From: Lingula anatina
Lineage: Eukaryota; Animalia; Brachiopoda
DNA length: 64,000 bases
NCBI GenBank assembly: GCA_051362555.1
Contig: CM120640.1
Span: 59,746,788-59,810,787 of the forward strand
Reading direction: 5' to 3'
This document shows positions 1 through 13,008 of the stretch, piece after piece; positions within the stretch are counted from its first letter, which is position 1; every line of letters begins with the position of its first letter. The translations under genes and the position numbers were made by a program. Below the pieces are notes generated by a model, which had not been told where the DNA came from, made no database searches, and saw nothing but the letters and a program-made list of their open reading frames with translations.

Positions 1-2518
1 CACGTCACGTCGGGGTCATGCCGATACTCCCCCGCACCGTTACTCCCCCGCACCGATATTCCCCCTTAGTATTAGTAAATTTTTGCATTATGCACATCGA
101 TACGACCGCACACCAATAGATCCCCGCATCGATAAACCCCCTGTAAAATTGCCGTTATACGCGCACCGTTATTCCCCCGCACCGATACTCCCCCGCATCA
201 TTACTCCCCTATGCAATTTCCACGAAACTTAGGATCGAGTAACATAGTCAACCCTCCATTTAATTATACAGGTTAGGGTCAGTCTACGTAAGTGGATCAA
301 AATCTACGACCTGTTTAATCCAAAATTTGCGGAGAATCTCATGTACCACGCAAGTCCTTTATGCGAAATTTCGAGTTCGCATGTATGTAAGCACGTACGG
401 AGGATATTGAACATTTCCAATAGATTCTACGAATAATCTGCGAACAGCGAAGCCGCAAGCGTAACTTGCTCCCTTCCTAAGGAGTTTGCGAGGGGTTTGC
501 AAGTGAGACTTGCCTGGTCCAAGATGCACGCCGCAAGAAATGAAGGAGAAAGTGTACTCTGCGTGTTGAGTACGGCGCACGCCCTCACATCTATAACGAA
601 CAAAGTCGAAAACACGGCGGGACTGCGAGCATAAAAGGCGTGCTCACGACGCATGCTCGTGTCTCGACAATTTCGTTGTGCAACAATTTTCAACAATTTT
701 GAATTTTGCTCAATTCAGATTCTAATCTAATTCAGATTCAAAAGACAAGGAAAGAAGCTTAAAGAGCAGAAAAGAAGGTTGGAGGAAAAAGACAGAAAAC
801 GAAGCGCTTTAGCACTTCTTTTTTATTACTTTATAATTTAACAAATTCATAGTTGCCTGAAAAAAAGACATAGCTGCGTTATCTTAGATTAAAAGTAACT
901 TTGCCTTAAGTTAATAAATAAATAAATAAAAGGCCGTACAATATATATTAGGTAACTACTGAGTACAGTAAGAGAACGAAATTAATTTTGCAAAAAAAAA
1001 AAAAAAAAAAAAATCTCAAAAATCACAAGGAAGAGCTGTAGGCCTACGTACTGTCAAGCTGCACACAAAGTCTGAGATCTACTTCGTGTAACGTTCTTTA
1101 TTTTCCCCAATATATTTCAAATAAAATGTGTCAATTCTGGGTTCTAAGAGGGTGGTGCATCTTGAAAAAAAATCATTATAGAAAGTGTTGTGAATTACGA
1201 ATGGGGTTTTCAAAGCCAAGGGAATCTATGCCTTGGGGGAGTAGTGTTTTTGCGGAGTATCGATACGCGGGAGTATCAGTACGAGGAAGTATCGGTGCGG
1301 GGAAGTATTGGTGCGGGGATGTAAAGAAGCGGGGGAGTATCGGTGCGGGGAGGTATAGGTACGTAACCGTCACATCAGTAAGATCTGCGACCCTGGTGGA
1401 GTCATGTTGACACGTCTCCGCACCGATACTCCTCTGCATCGTTACCCCCCCCCCCCCCCCCTCGCACTGGTTCTCCCCAAAGTAATTTTTTGCATTATAT
1501 GCGCATCGATACGTCCCGATCCGATGGATCCCCGCATCGATACATTACCTGTAAAATTACCTTTACATGCGCATCGCTACCGCCCGCCCCCCCCCCCGCA
1601 TCGTTGCTTCCCCGCATCTTTATTCTCCCGTATCGATACTCCCCCTATGCAATGTTTTCATATAATGAACATCGTTACTCATCGATTTTATATTAAAATA
1701 GGCCATATAAATTTGATAAGTTGACTAAGGAGCCGGGAGTGCGGCCTACCCTAAATTGAAGGAAATACATATAAGCTATTTCTATCAAATGGAAAGATTG
1801 ATTGATATTGGTGTGTTGTGGTAAAAAAATTACAATTGACCGCAGGGAAACTCTTTATGATGTTGCTTTTATGCTTTTAAATCGCCTAAACTTTGGCTTT
1901 GACATATCCTTTGAATAAACAGTATTTGTTTTTTCTAATTCCGACTGACCATAGAATTTAGCTGCTGTGGTCATTAACCATATTTGAATTTTTAAAAAAT
2001 TAAATCCGAGCATGTTTATATATAATCGCCACTTCTTAACCAACTTATCAATTTTGTTCAGCCAAAGGCTACATAGATTTACGTAGCCTGAATTTTCTAG
2101 GGGCTCAAAAACCATCACTGTTTTCATTAATGTAGAGCTGCTCTGTCCCGCAGCAGTGATTGCAGTACAGGGGCAGATCCAGGATTATTTGAAGGGGGGG
2201 GGGGGGGGGGGGTCCGGTTTTTAGGAATGACAGGCCGCAGATGCAATTTCAAAAACCACAAGTAAATTTGCGCACAAAGTCTGACTTGAAAGATCGACTA
2301 AGTTCTAAGTTACAAAGCAGTCCAATTTTGGTGTTTGTTTCCTTCTTTTTCTCCTATATTCCGAATAAAATGTGTCATATTTGGGTCCCAAGAGGGTGGC
2401 GCACTTTTGAAAAAAAATCGTATTACAGAAAAGTTTTTCATTTAGAATTGTTCTTGGTGTCACATTTCTAAAGGAATCTATGCTGGGAGAGTCACGGTGC
2501 ACGGGAGTATCGGTGCCT
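1..2518. mobile_element. Two adjacent copies of a non-autonomous element with arrays of (GCACCGATACTCCCCC)-like subterminal repeats
   Basis: CCGATACTCCCCCGCA-type units at 21-210 recur inverted (GGGAGTATCGGTGCGGGG) at ~1235-1350 and forward again at ~1417-1650. Segment ~1120-1280 is repeated at ~2365-2518. No transposase seen. Confidence 0.6.
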
Positions 2519-3250
2519 AAGGGAAATGTGTTCATCTTCAATGCAGTATTTCTCACCTAGGACCCAAAATATATCTTCTATCCTAGTTCCCACTAAATAC
2601 TACAATTATTTATTTAAGATGCGATAAAAGTGATTTTTCACAAAATATAACTGACACACCTGTAAGTCAACATGCTTGGGATGGCAGAATGAATAGACTA
2701 TTGTGATTAAACCTATTTAGAACTTACATTTTTAGTTTCTTAGGATCCATAATGAGAGCCAATCTAATGCAAAAATATGAAAAAAATGTGCAAAGGGCGG
2801 AAAACAAATAATATTCACAGAGCACATAGTATGTGAACACTGCTCATTGCAAACACAAATGCCTGTGAATTGGTACGTAAGTAGTTTGTTCTCTGAAGCA
2901 TAGTTTGTAAGCCTACTCAAAATGTGTACACAGATTATACTTGTAAGTTGATTGGTACTTATATTTTAAAAGCATTCTCAATCCCCAGTTCAACTGTACT
3001 ACAATATATCAAAACAATATTTTCAAATTTATTTTAATAAATTCAATACAGTATGTTGCATTAGACTTTATGGACGTCCACTCTAGCAAGAAACTTACAA
3101 ATGAAATAATTAAAATTATAGAGGTATAGTCTACAGGCCTATCAAGAAAAGATATACAATTCCTGACCATAACTGTATTTTGAGACACAAAGCACATTCA
3201 GACAAATTTGACAGTTCACTATGGCTCACTACCATTACTTTTTTTAAAAA

Positions 3251-6200
3251 TTAGTTCTTGCTTATCAAAGCACATTCTTCCATTAAATGATAATATCGTG
3301 CCTTTAATGCATAAGCCGCTGCCTTGGGTTCCCTTTGTCTTGTAAGCACTCCCATGTTATTTCTGTCTAATCCTGAATCTGTGTGAAATAATTGCGATAA
3401 AATGTGTATGCTATTTCATCTCTCTGTAGAATTCAATAATTGCAATACAGCATGTTGCATTTGACTTTATGGACATCCATTCTAGCAAAAAACTTACAAA
3501 TGAAATTGCAATAAAAAAATTAAGTTTAAAATATATGAAGCATACATGTGAAAAAGCATCTTTATTCTTTAATATGAAAAAATAATAATCATCTAACAAT
3601 AAAATTTACCAGAAGTACTTTGGAAATCAGCAAAATTCCAGACCATTTCTCCCATCAGAAAAGGGATAGGAAGTCTCCTCATTCGGTCAAAGGCATCATG
3701 GTACTCTTTTATGAGATCCACCTGGTACTGCTCTGTGAACATAGCAGAAGGAGCCTGCAACACAGCTAGACTGCTCGAAGATGGCACATATACACACATA
3801 TCACAAAAAATCAAAGAAACAGATTAAGCTTAGGCCAAGTGGATGGTGCAATAGTTTTAATAAATAATCTCTCAAGCATTTCAACTATATTCACCTCACT
3901 GATTCACTGCTTTATGTTTTCTTTTTATACAGACACTTCTAATCTCTGTGTTTGAAACATCAATCTCCATAACTTCCCAACCATATTTTTGTTTTACTTT
4001 GAATTTAATGAGTAGCACTACTGGTTAAAAAAAGTGATCTGCATTTTTACCCAATAAACATAATCAGTAAAACAAAAATGAGGTTTGGTTCTTACAGGGT
4101 GAATGTCACCAATAAACAAACAAAAAAATAAATTTAAAAATAAGTAAATAAATAATTTAAGTCAGTGTTCATAAAATAATCTAATTATGCTGAAACCTGC
4201 TTTTATACCAAACCTGCCTTTTTACCAAACAGTACAACAGTTTGGCACTTATGGGGCGCTTATGGGGCATATGTAAAAGACAATAGCCCATTCGTGTGTA
4301 TCTTATTGATGTTACCACCAGTTTCTTACTTTGTGAAGTCCTGGTATTGCCCCAGCCCCATACTCTGTGACAATGATAGGCTTCTTGTACTTGTTGTACC
4401 AGTTAGTAAGATCCTTGGTCATCTTTAGCACTATCACATCCAGATGTCCTTGGTCTCTGGACCAACCAACATAGCAGTTTAAACATATCACATCAACATA
4501 CTGGGCCTTGAAATAATTGAAAAACGGAATGAATATTTTTAATCTTTATTTGCTATATACCATTATTTTGAAATCATGCATGCTGTACAAATTCTAAGAT
4601 TTACTTTAAAATAATCAGTAAAACTAAAGCCTTAAACTTTACTCACAAGTCTATCATTATGTTCTTGTTTATTTGAAGCAAATGTAATGGGTCTGCCAGA
4701 ATCCAGGTGTCTAGTGTGACTAATGATAGACCTGGAATACAGAACTTGTTACGAAATGGTCTCAAATATCATGTTCTCAACGTTCTGCAGGGCTCAGGTT
4801 ATGATTTTGGTGATATTTAAAAGTGTTAAAAGAGTGTTTCAGAAATTAAATTGATTGCTAATACATTTGTAAACATTTAAAATTAAAATACAATTTTATT
4901 ATTCAAAACTTTTCCTAAATCACTTAACTTTGACAGCATATCTAATGGAAATGATAATAACAAAGAACCTGGAATTAAAATGTTATCTTCTTTTATTACT
5001 CAATATTACATTTACACTTTGTACAACTTGGACTTCATATTGCAAATCACATCCTGATTTTCTGAAATTGAGAAGAAAAGTTGATGGGGGAAAATGAAAG
5101 ACCAATTTTTTACCTAAAGTAGTTTTCTGCCTGAGGGAGATCAGATTCTGGATCACTTGCCACAGACCACATTATAACAGAGGGTCTGTTTTTATCCCTC
5201 TGAACCAGCTCTGTCATGACTCTCAAGTGGTGAGCCTTAGTGGCTGGACGAAAATTGATAGATCTAGAATGTATATGTTTCATTTGACTTTCAGTCACTC
5301 TCACTAATAAAACAACAATTAACAAAACCTCATCTTCATTTTATGTAATAAATACTAACAATAATATCTGGAACAAAAATATAAAATTACAAACAATCAT
5401 CTTGATTAATTGTATTTTCAAAGGTTAGATTCAGCAGGACCTGGTATTAAAGTGTAAAAAATTCTGAGCAGCATATATCAGTAACCAGTAACTGAATTGA
5501 AGAACTGAATGCAACTAACAGTTTTATACCTGCATTACTGTAATATATTTGAAATTCACTAATGCTTTTACTGGCCCAGGTGTTTGGTCTTTTTATTGCC
5601 ATAACAACTTTAATCCATCTACCTGAGTCCCATGCCTGGGCATTCATCAATGACGACAATTCCCTGTTGGTCAGCCTGGTCCATGATTTCCTCAGCATAT
5701 GGATAGTGGGAGGTCCGGAAACAGTTGGCACCAAGCCACTTCAGCAAGTTGAAATCTTTCACTATCACAGCTAGATCAAGTCCTCTGCCTCGTATCTGAA
5801 TTTTGAAGATTCATATTAAATTAAGTATGGAGAATTTAAAATGATTTTATATAAAAACACAAAAGGGTATGGCAATGTGATTTGTTAAGACCTAATGAGA
5901 GTTTGATAATAATTTGGCAAAATAAAGATATTAGTTATCCCATGTTTACATACATGTTTCTTTCGTCCCACCACATAAGACATATCCCTTGAAACCAACA
6001 TTCCATGAGTCTGAAAGTCTCTATTATCAATTTATCATTCAGTGACAAAAATACAGAAAAATACAGGAATTGTTTGGGGTGATGAGAAAATGAGCCCAAC
6101 CCAATCCCATCCAGTTGGGAACCTCATTTTTGGCATCTGAAATTGTAAGTATATTGGCATTGGGCTTGATGCAAAAACAAGAAGACTCCAAGTTTTGCTG

Positions 6201-9200
6201 CATCACACATATATCACACATTTAATTTCATATACCAAGTTGGATTTTTTGCTTTTTGGTATTTCATCCTGCTCCTCAGGGTGTTGAGTATTAATGACAC
6301 TGATGAACTGGCTGTTTTTGGGGGGTTTATTTTACCCTTTATTGTTTGAAACTCCAGGTATAAAGGGTTAGTTCACTCTGACCTTGGTCTTGTTGGTGTA
6401 CTACATTTTTCTTTTCTTGTGCAGCCTTGTAAATGTCCAGTCAGCACATTTTATTTGTAATCCATTTCTGAATTGATATCCTCTGTGCTTGGTACGGTAA
6501 ATGTCTGGTATAGTTTAGTGATACAATGACAGCAAGTTTAAGTAACAAGACTGAGAATAGTTCTACCTGTATTCCAAGTCTCTGGGATGGAGTACAATGG
6601 TGTAAACCAGACTAAATTTTAAATTCAGTTACTCATTTTAAAAAAATTAATAAAAAACTAATTTTATATATTCATAAAATATACGACTGGATGTCTCTTT
6701 GAAACAGTATTACAGTTTTTGTTCAAATGAATGGTAATGAAATTTGTCATTTGAGTCTTTTACCAAATGTTTTGTACAATAGCTATTAATGTGCACACTG
6801 TAATTATAGATTTTCTCTGAAAGATATACATCATTCCAACTGCAATGCAGAATGCTGCTGATACATAAACACAGTGATTGTTTTAACACAGTACAACTTG
6901 CACAAAATAAAGTCAGTACAGATTATTTTGTAATTATCACTTTTTGGTCACTTTTAAACTTACATCAGCGTCTTCTTGTTTTGCCACTCCACGGCAGTAA
7001 AATGGTTTCTTGTTAATGAAGAGTTGAGAGCCATTCACCTCCACTGTCCTGACCCCAAATGGAAGCCTGTACACATCAGTTGACTGGGAGGTATTGAAAG
7101 AAACCTGGAGAAAGAAAACATTTGATCATCATTTCTCTCAGAACATTAAAATTTTATTTCTTGATGCCTGTCTTCAATATATCCTTTACACATTAATATG
7201 CCTCATCATCATTTTTTAATCATTCACCCCTTGAAGAGAGAGTTTTTCAAGAAAAAAAAACAGATGATGAATGTTAATAATTTGTAAAACTTAAACAAAT
7301 CCCAAAAGCCATTGAGATTTATTACCTTCAGTGTGTATAAATATGCTGGACCTCCACCATCCACCATCAAGTATGGCCACCAGAGGTTTACATTTTCAAT
7401 GTCGAGCTCACCACCATCCTTTTCATCTGCTTGAGCTCTGGCTACTGTGTTACCATCATTGTCCAGAATTTCCACTGTTAGAGCTGAATTTGTTGCATTT
7501 CCATTTCTGCTTATGTTATATTTGACATGACCTTAAAGGTGCAGAGTAATTAATAAATAAGATTGATATTTTTTAAATTTTCTATTTACTCTGTAAACAT
7601 GCAACTCACATGCTTAAATTGTTAACTTTTGCACATGCTCAAAATGGTATAAAAAGCAGAGATCTACTTGGAAATTAAGAAAAAATGCATCTAAAACCAA
7701 TCAAGTTCTATGTACAGGTACCTGCATGTTTATGGTTGTAAGAGCAGTTTATTTTAAAAAACACAAATCCTCTTGTTTTAAGTTGTTGAGAGAGAGAGAG
7801 AGAGAGAGAGAGACCTTTGCTATGATAGAAGCTAGTTGTGATAGTGATGTCATCCACATAATCAACTGGTGTGGTGTAAAGACGAACAGATCTGTGAAGG
7901 CCTGCATAGTTAAAGGCGTTTGTTTGTGTCTTCTGGGTGAAATAGCCAATTGGATAACTAAATGAGACAGAAAATGTCACAAAATGACCCAGTTTTGTAA
8001 AATTAATCTATATATTTCTGTTGCAGTACCCTGTGCAAGTAGCAAAAATTTAACAGCTGCCCAATAACTCGAAAGCATCGCACATTTGGACCAAACGCAA
8101 GCGTCTCGATACTCACCCATACTCACCACATATGGGGGTTATGGAATCGACTCTTGCGCTTGGTCACAATGCACAATGCTTTTGAGTTATGGGGCCCAGA
8201 TCTTTTAAGATATGTTTAAAAGTAAGGTTTTGCAGATTTAAGTGTACCCAAAATATTTCACAAGAATTTTAACTTAAATGTTAGGATAAAAAAAAGACTA
8301 AGAAATGCACAATTCACAAGTGGGACATATAGTTTTTCTATTACACACTATCATAGCTACCTGACAATTTGTAAGTATGTAGAAATACTTAAGGTAAAAC
8401 AGAAGCACCTTAAAAGCTTTTATAATTCAAAAGTTGAGCAATATTAGTATAACATTCACAATAACCATTCTTAATGTACCTTGAAGAGTCTGTGTGCCAC
8501 ACAATTTCTCCAGGTGGCAGTGTTTCTGGAGTCAGTGTATTGTTGATGGCAATAGTGACCCTATTTGCTCCAGAGAAATTAAGATGTTCACCAACTTCTC
8601 TCTCAAATGGAAGATGTCCTCCTGTGTGCTTCACCACTTCTATGGAGTTTACCCACTAAATCATATGTAGAATCGAATGAATTTATACAAATTAAGAATA
8701 TTTTGGGAAATATTAAGATACCCAAATCAAACAAGACAGCAAAGCTGTCAAATGTACAGACAAAAAGCAAAAAATAATGCATAAAATAGGTTACTATCGA
8801 CTCTGATACAATAATACATTACGCTTAACTGCAAAGTCAGGCTGAATTTTAGTCCCGTTTCTTTTTTGTATGTTTGAGGATCACAAGTAACGTGGTTTTC
8901 TCTTAATGGTCATCATCGCGGCAGTATCCAAAATAGGAGTTTCTTCAATTTTGATACAATATTACACAATGCTTAAAAGCATAATGACCATCAATTTTTA
9001 ATAATAAAATATAAATACCACAGATATTCAGAAAATGTGACTATCAAAAGTCTTCAAGCCTATGGGGGTTTTGATGCAATATTACCAAATGCTTAACAGC
9101 ATAATCACCACCAATCTTTAATTATGCACTGCAGGGAACATGGATATTTTAAATCTTCTAGCAAAGGTCTTCAGGCTCATGGAACTTCAAAGTCACACCT

Positions 9201-10798
9201 TGAAAACACCAAAATGTAAACAAGAGATAATTGTACTGAAATGAGTCTATCTCCATTTTCAACACTTTTTTTACCTAAAATGAAGAAAATTGTTGAGATG
9301 GGAAAATATCAACAGAACAATTTTAAATGTCCACTTTGCTCGAGATTTTGAACATAGTGAATGACTGAATCTGACAAACTGCAATGATGAGTTGTTTCCA
9401 ACAGATTTACCATCATTTTTATATTATCAACTAACAATATTGTTAAGATGCAGAAAATGTCCAAAGAACACTATTACATATCTAATTGATTCAATAATGA
9501 GGCTGTTAACATGCATTAGAACTGAATCTGAGGAAAAACCACTTATATACAAAAAAGGCATAACTTCATCAAAACTTAACTGATCAAGCTGATTTTTTAA
9601 CTTGGTCTGTATGTTAGTTCTATGAATCAGTCCTGCAAGTTTTAAAACAAAATATGACCCTGTTTTCATGTTATCTGTACAATGGTGGATATGATGAAAA
9701 AGGAGAAAAAAGCAGCATAACTTTTGTAAAAATGGTCCGATCAAGCTGATTTTCCAACTTGACATGTGTTTTATGAATATTCATCAGTTCCAAAAGTTTG
9801 AAGACAAAAGGTAAAAGGGCTTTCCACTTATTGTGTTATCACTAAAAGTGCACAGCGACAGCGACGACAGACACAGGTGACAGCTTTATGTACGGACACA
9901 GATGTGTCCGTACATAAAGAAAGAGGGCTTTCATACAATATCTTTCTAATTTTTTGTTTTTGCTCACTAACAATCACTGCCAACACAGAGGTAAATTATG
10001 AAAAAACCATACTTCACTGCAGATAAAACATAAAATGTACTACTATTTAAAAAAAAATCCTACTATTACTATTAAAAGATAAGCCGACAGAAGTAATCAC
10101 AAACGATCAATTGCCATGCTGATAAATACCACTACAGCAGTGTAGTGGGCACTGTCCACTCTGAGCACCACTCTCTTCTTTATCCAGTCTGGAGACACAT
10201 AGAACTGACGGTCATACCAAACCCAGCCAACAAAGTCGCGCATCTCTCTGGTCTCCGTGATATCATTAAAACTAGAAGGGACAGGCATCTTTAAAACTGA
10301 TCCAGTCTGAAAAAGAGGTTACTTACCACTTATACACCAATAAGGTTTTAATAAGTTTGTTACTTACTAATAATCAATGTTACTTCAAGTGAACTGGTCA
10401 TTAACATCACAAGGCACTTATTATAAATCTTGAATATCTTTTCAAAGAAAACCTTTTATTTTTTTTTTGAGTAATGTTAGGGTTTAACAAGAAGTTCCTT
10501 TTGCTAAATGATTTATGTAAATACATTTATGACTTCCTTCAGCAGATTCAACTTTTTCAAACACTTTTCCTTTGTTTACCCTTTTCAAAGGCTGCTTAAA
10601 CCAATCTTCTTCAAATCCTTTATTTCTGTTAGTGGAGTCATCCATTCTGAAATCCCAGATCCCATTTAAATCCTGTATCTGTCTAGATTCAGATTCCCTT
10701 GGGTAAAGGATGCCATCAACCCCATAAATGTTTAACAAGAGTATACTACAAAAATAACATGGCACAATAAACATTTTTATGGTTCCTAGTAAAACCAT
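3251..10798 (-). CDS. Beta-glucuronidase-like GH2 paralog, 12 exons, altered active-site residues
   Basis: Exons approx. 10798-10581, 10307-10130, 8656-8480, 7957-7815, 7531-7326, 7105-6964, 5795-5623, 5265-5114, 4731-4648, 4506-4331, 3755-3610, 3378-3251 with GT-AG ends. Motifs [79 protein letters not shown]. Hydrophobic N-terminal signal peptide. Confidence 0.92.
7788..7812. repeat. (GA)n microsatellite abutting a splice donor of the GUSB paralog
   Basis: Direct reading: gagagaga run. Confidence 0.9.
8059..8195. mobile_element. Short hairpin MITE in an intron
   Basis: Left arm GCCCAATAACTCGAAAGCATCG pairs with right arm CAATGCTTTTGAGTTATGGGGC; pairing continues inward. Confidence 0.65.
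8731..9918 (+). mobile_element. Helentron-associated (HINE/DINE-like) non-autonomous element
   Basis: Starts ACAAGACAGCAAAGCTGTCAAATGTACAGACA, has internal degenerate repeats and a GAC/CAG microsatellite, and ends in the palindrome TTATGTACGGACACA-GA-TGTGTCCGTACATAA. Confidence 0.55.
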
Positions 10799-11789
10799 TT
10801 AGAACCTGCCTGTCTGGTCAAAGTGACAGTGCACACAAACATATTGATAAGGTAAAAGCTTATCAGAATGGGGCAGTGAGGTTATCTCATATTGTGATTC
10901 ATTTCCCTGATCTGCAATTGTTTGGGTAAAGTGTGACTACATTCTATAGCAATATTATGCACTCTATATATTGGGATGTTATTTCTGCATGTACAATGTA
11001 ATGGTATTGTAACATAATTGCAGAGCTCAGTAACAAATGACAGAAAAATTGGACAATAGAATATATGGTAAAACAGGTACACTGTTTAGGGAAACTAATT
11101 GTATTTTTCATTTTCTAAAATATTTCAATAACAAAATATGATTTATATTTCATGTTTTTTAAGTAGAATTTTTTATTTGGTTTGACTGGTTAAAATATTC
11201 CAAAATTAGCCCAATGCCCATTCTAATCTTTTATTTCAAAGACAATAGTAAGCATCATGAATTTACATGAATATATTTGTATTAATACTGAGCCTTAGCT
11301 TAAGTAAACAGTTTTCACAACTGCACTAATATCTTATAAATTTATAATATGTAAAACATCCTTTAACAAATGGAGTACAAAAGTAAATATTCATCTAAAT
11401 ATACATACATTCAAAAGATACAGCTACACATGGTACCTTGAAAAGGTAAATTTAAAAAAAACTAACAACTGAACTAAAAAATTATTGAAATTTTGATTTA
11501 AATTATAATTGGCACAGCAAATAATGGAAATCTGAGCAGTTATGCTGTGAAATCATCCATACTACTTTTATTACAGCATGTTAAAATTTGTTCAATATCA
11601 TGTCACATCACATCTAAGTCCATGTTAAACAGTAATTTAATACAATTAATTGTCATTAGTCAGCTGTAAATTGTTATTGCACATAATACATTGTATTTCT
11701 TTCCAAAAATAACACCACCATCAAGGATTGCACACTGTCAGATTAAATTTAACTGGTAAGCAGTTCAGTGAAAGCAAGTTCTAAACCAT

Positions 11790-12964
11790 TTACAGCTCTT
11801 GAAAATAAGTGGATAAGTTGAAACTTTTCCTGCATGTTCTTCCTGATCTCCTGTTAATAAGCCCCTGATACCTATCCCGCAGGAAATGAGCAGCCATCTT
11901 GGGTTGTCTCTGCCGTGTGAAGACTCCTTTCTTATTGCCATCAACTCTGGTAGTTGCTTAAAAATGTAAGATCATTTATGAAACAGCTACTTTAAATCAA
12001 ACACTTATGTAAAAAAATTAGCAAGCAAACAATAATGTCCACAAAAAATTAATATAACAACTGACCATAATTTTATCATTTTTATATTTCTACAAAAAAA
12101 TATTTGTTGAATAAAATTCCCACACTCATCAAATTAAAAAAATATATTAGGTTAGCCCATCTCATACACTTTATTCATATTATTTGAAGTTACTGAACTA
12201 GCACCCCCTTACTTTGATCAGTCTGGAAGTCTGCAAAGTTCCACACCATTTCTCCCACCAAGAACTGTTTTCTCAAAGCATCAAATATCTCATGGTATTT
12301 CCTCATGAACTGTACTTGATATTCTTCTGTGAATGCATCAGAGGGAAGCTGTCAAATTAAAATAATTAGTTCCCTTTAAAAGTTTAAGCACTGTTTTTCC
12401 TAAATAAAAGACAAAAATTATTTATTTTCCAATTTTATGTAATTTTTAAAGGAAATTTTTCAATTTCCCATATCCTAATAAATCATTTTACAACTAAATC
12501 TCACTTTAATATAACTAAAATTATAATGGAATAACACAATTACTTTATGCAGTCCAGCCACGGTGTCAGCTCCATACTCTGTTATGATAACAGGTTTGTT
12601 AAAGGTTTTGTGCCAGTTTGTAATATCATAGTTCATCTGAAGCTGAATCACATCCAAATGTCCCATGTCACTGTACCAGGCATAGTAGTGGTTCACACAG
12701 ATTATGTCTGTATATTGGGCCTGCCACATGAGAAAACACATCTTAATGGTAAACACAACTGGTTTTATATATGAAAGACGGCCCTTGTGGGAATTAGAGA
12801 TATGACTGGAAGACGGTCCTTGTGGGAATTAGAGACATATGACTAAGTCAAAGGTATGAATCAAATTGATAACTCTGAAAGATCAGAATATATAACATTA
12901 ATTTGCCACCCATAATCTTGAAGTGACCAGGAAACCCAAAGCATCACTTTACCCCATAAACACC

Positions 12965-13008
<44 letters not shown>

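Noticed and set aside
21-1650. Short GC-rich repeats resembling a CRISPR array or Pro-rich ORFs (1176-1439, 1404-1724)
   Set aside because: The units are irregular, lack unique spacers and occur in both orientations in eukaryotic DNA; they are subterminal repeats of a transposon and the ORFs are by-products.
5562-5774. Similar plus-strand ORFs at 5562-5774 and 14350-14541 suggesting a duplicated antisense gene
   Set aside because: The similarity is fully explained by the near-identical GUSB exon tract on the minus strand.
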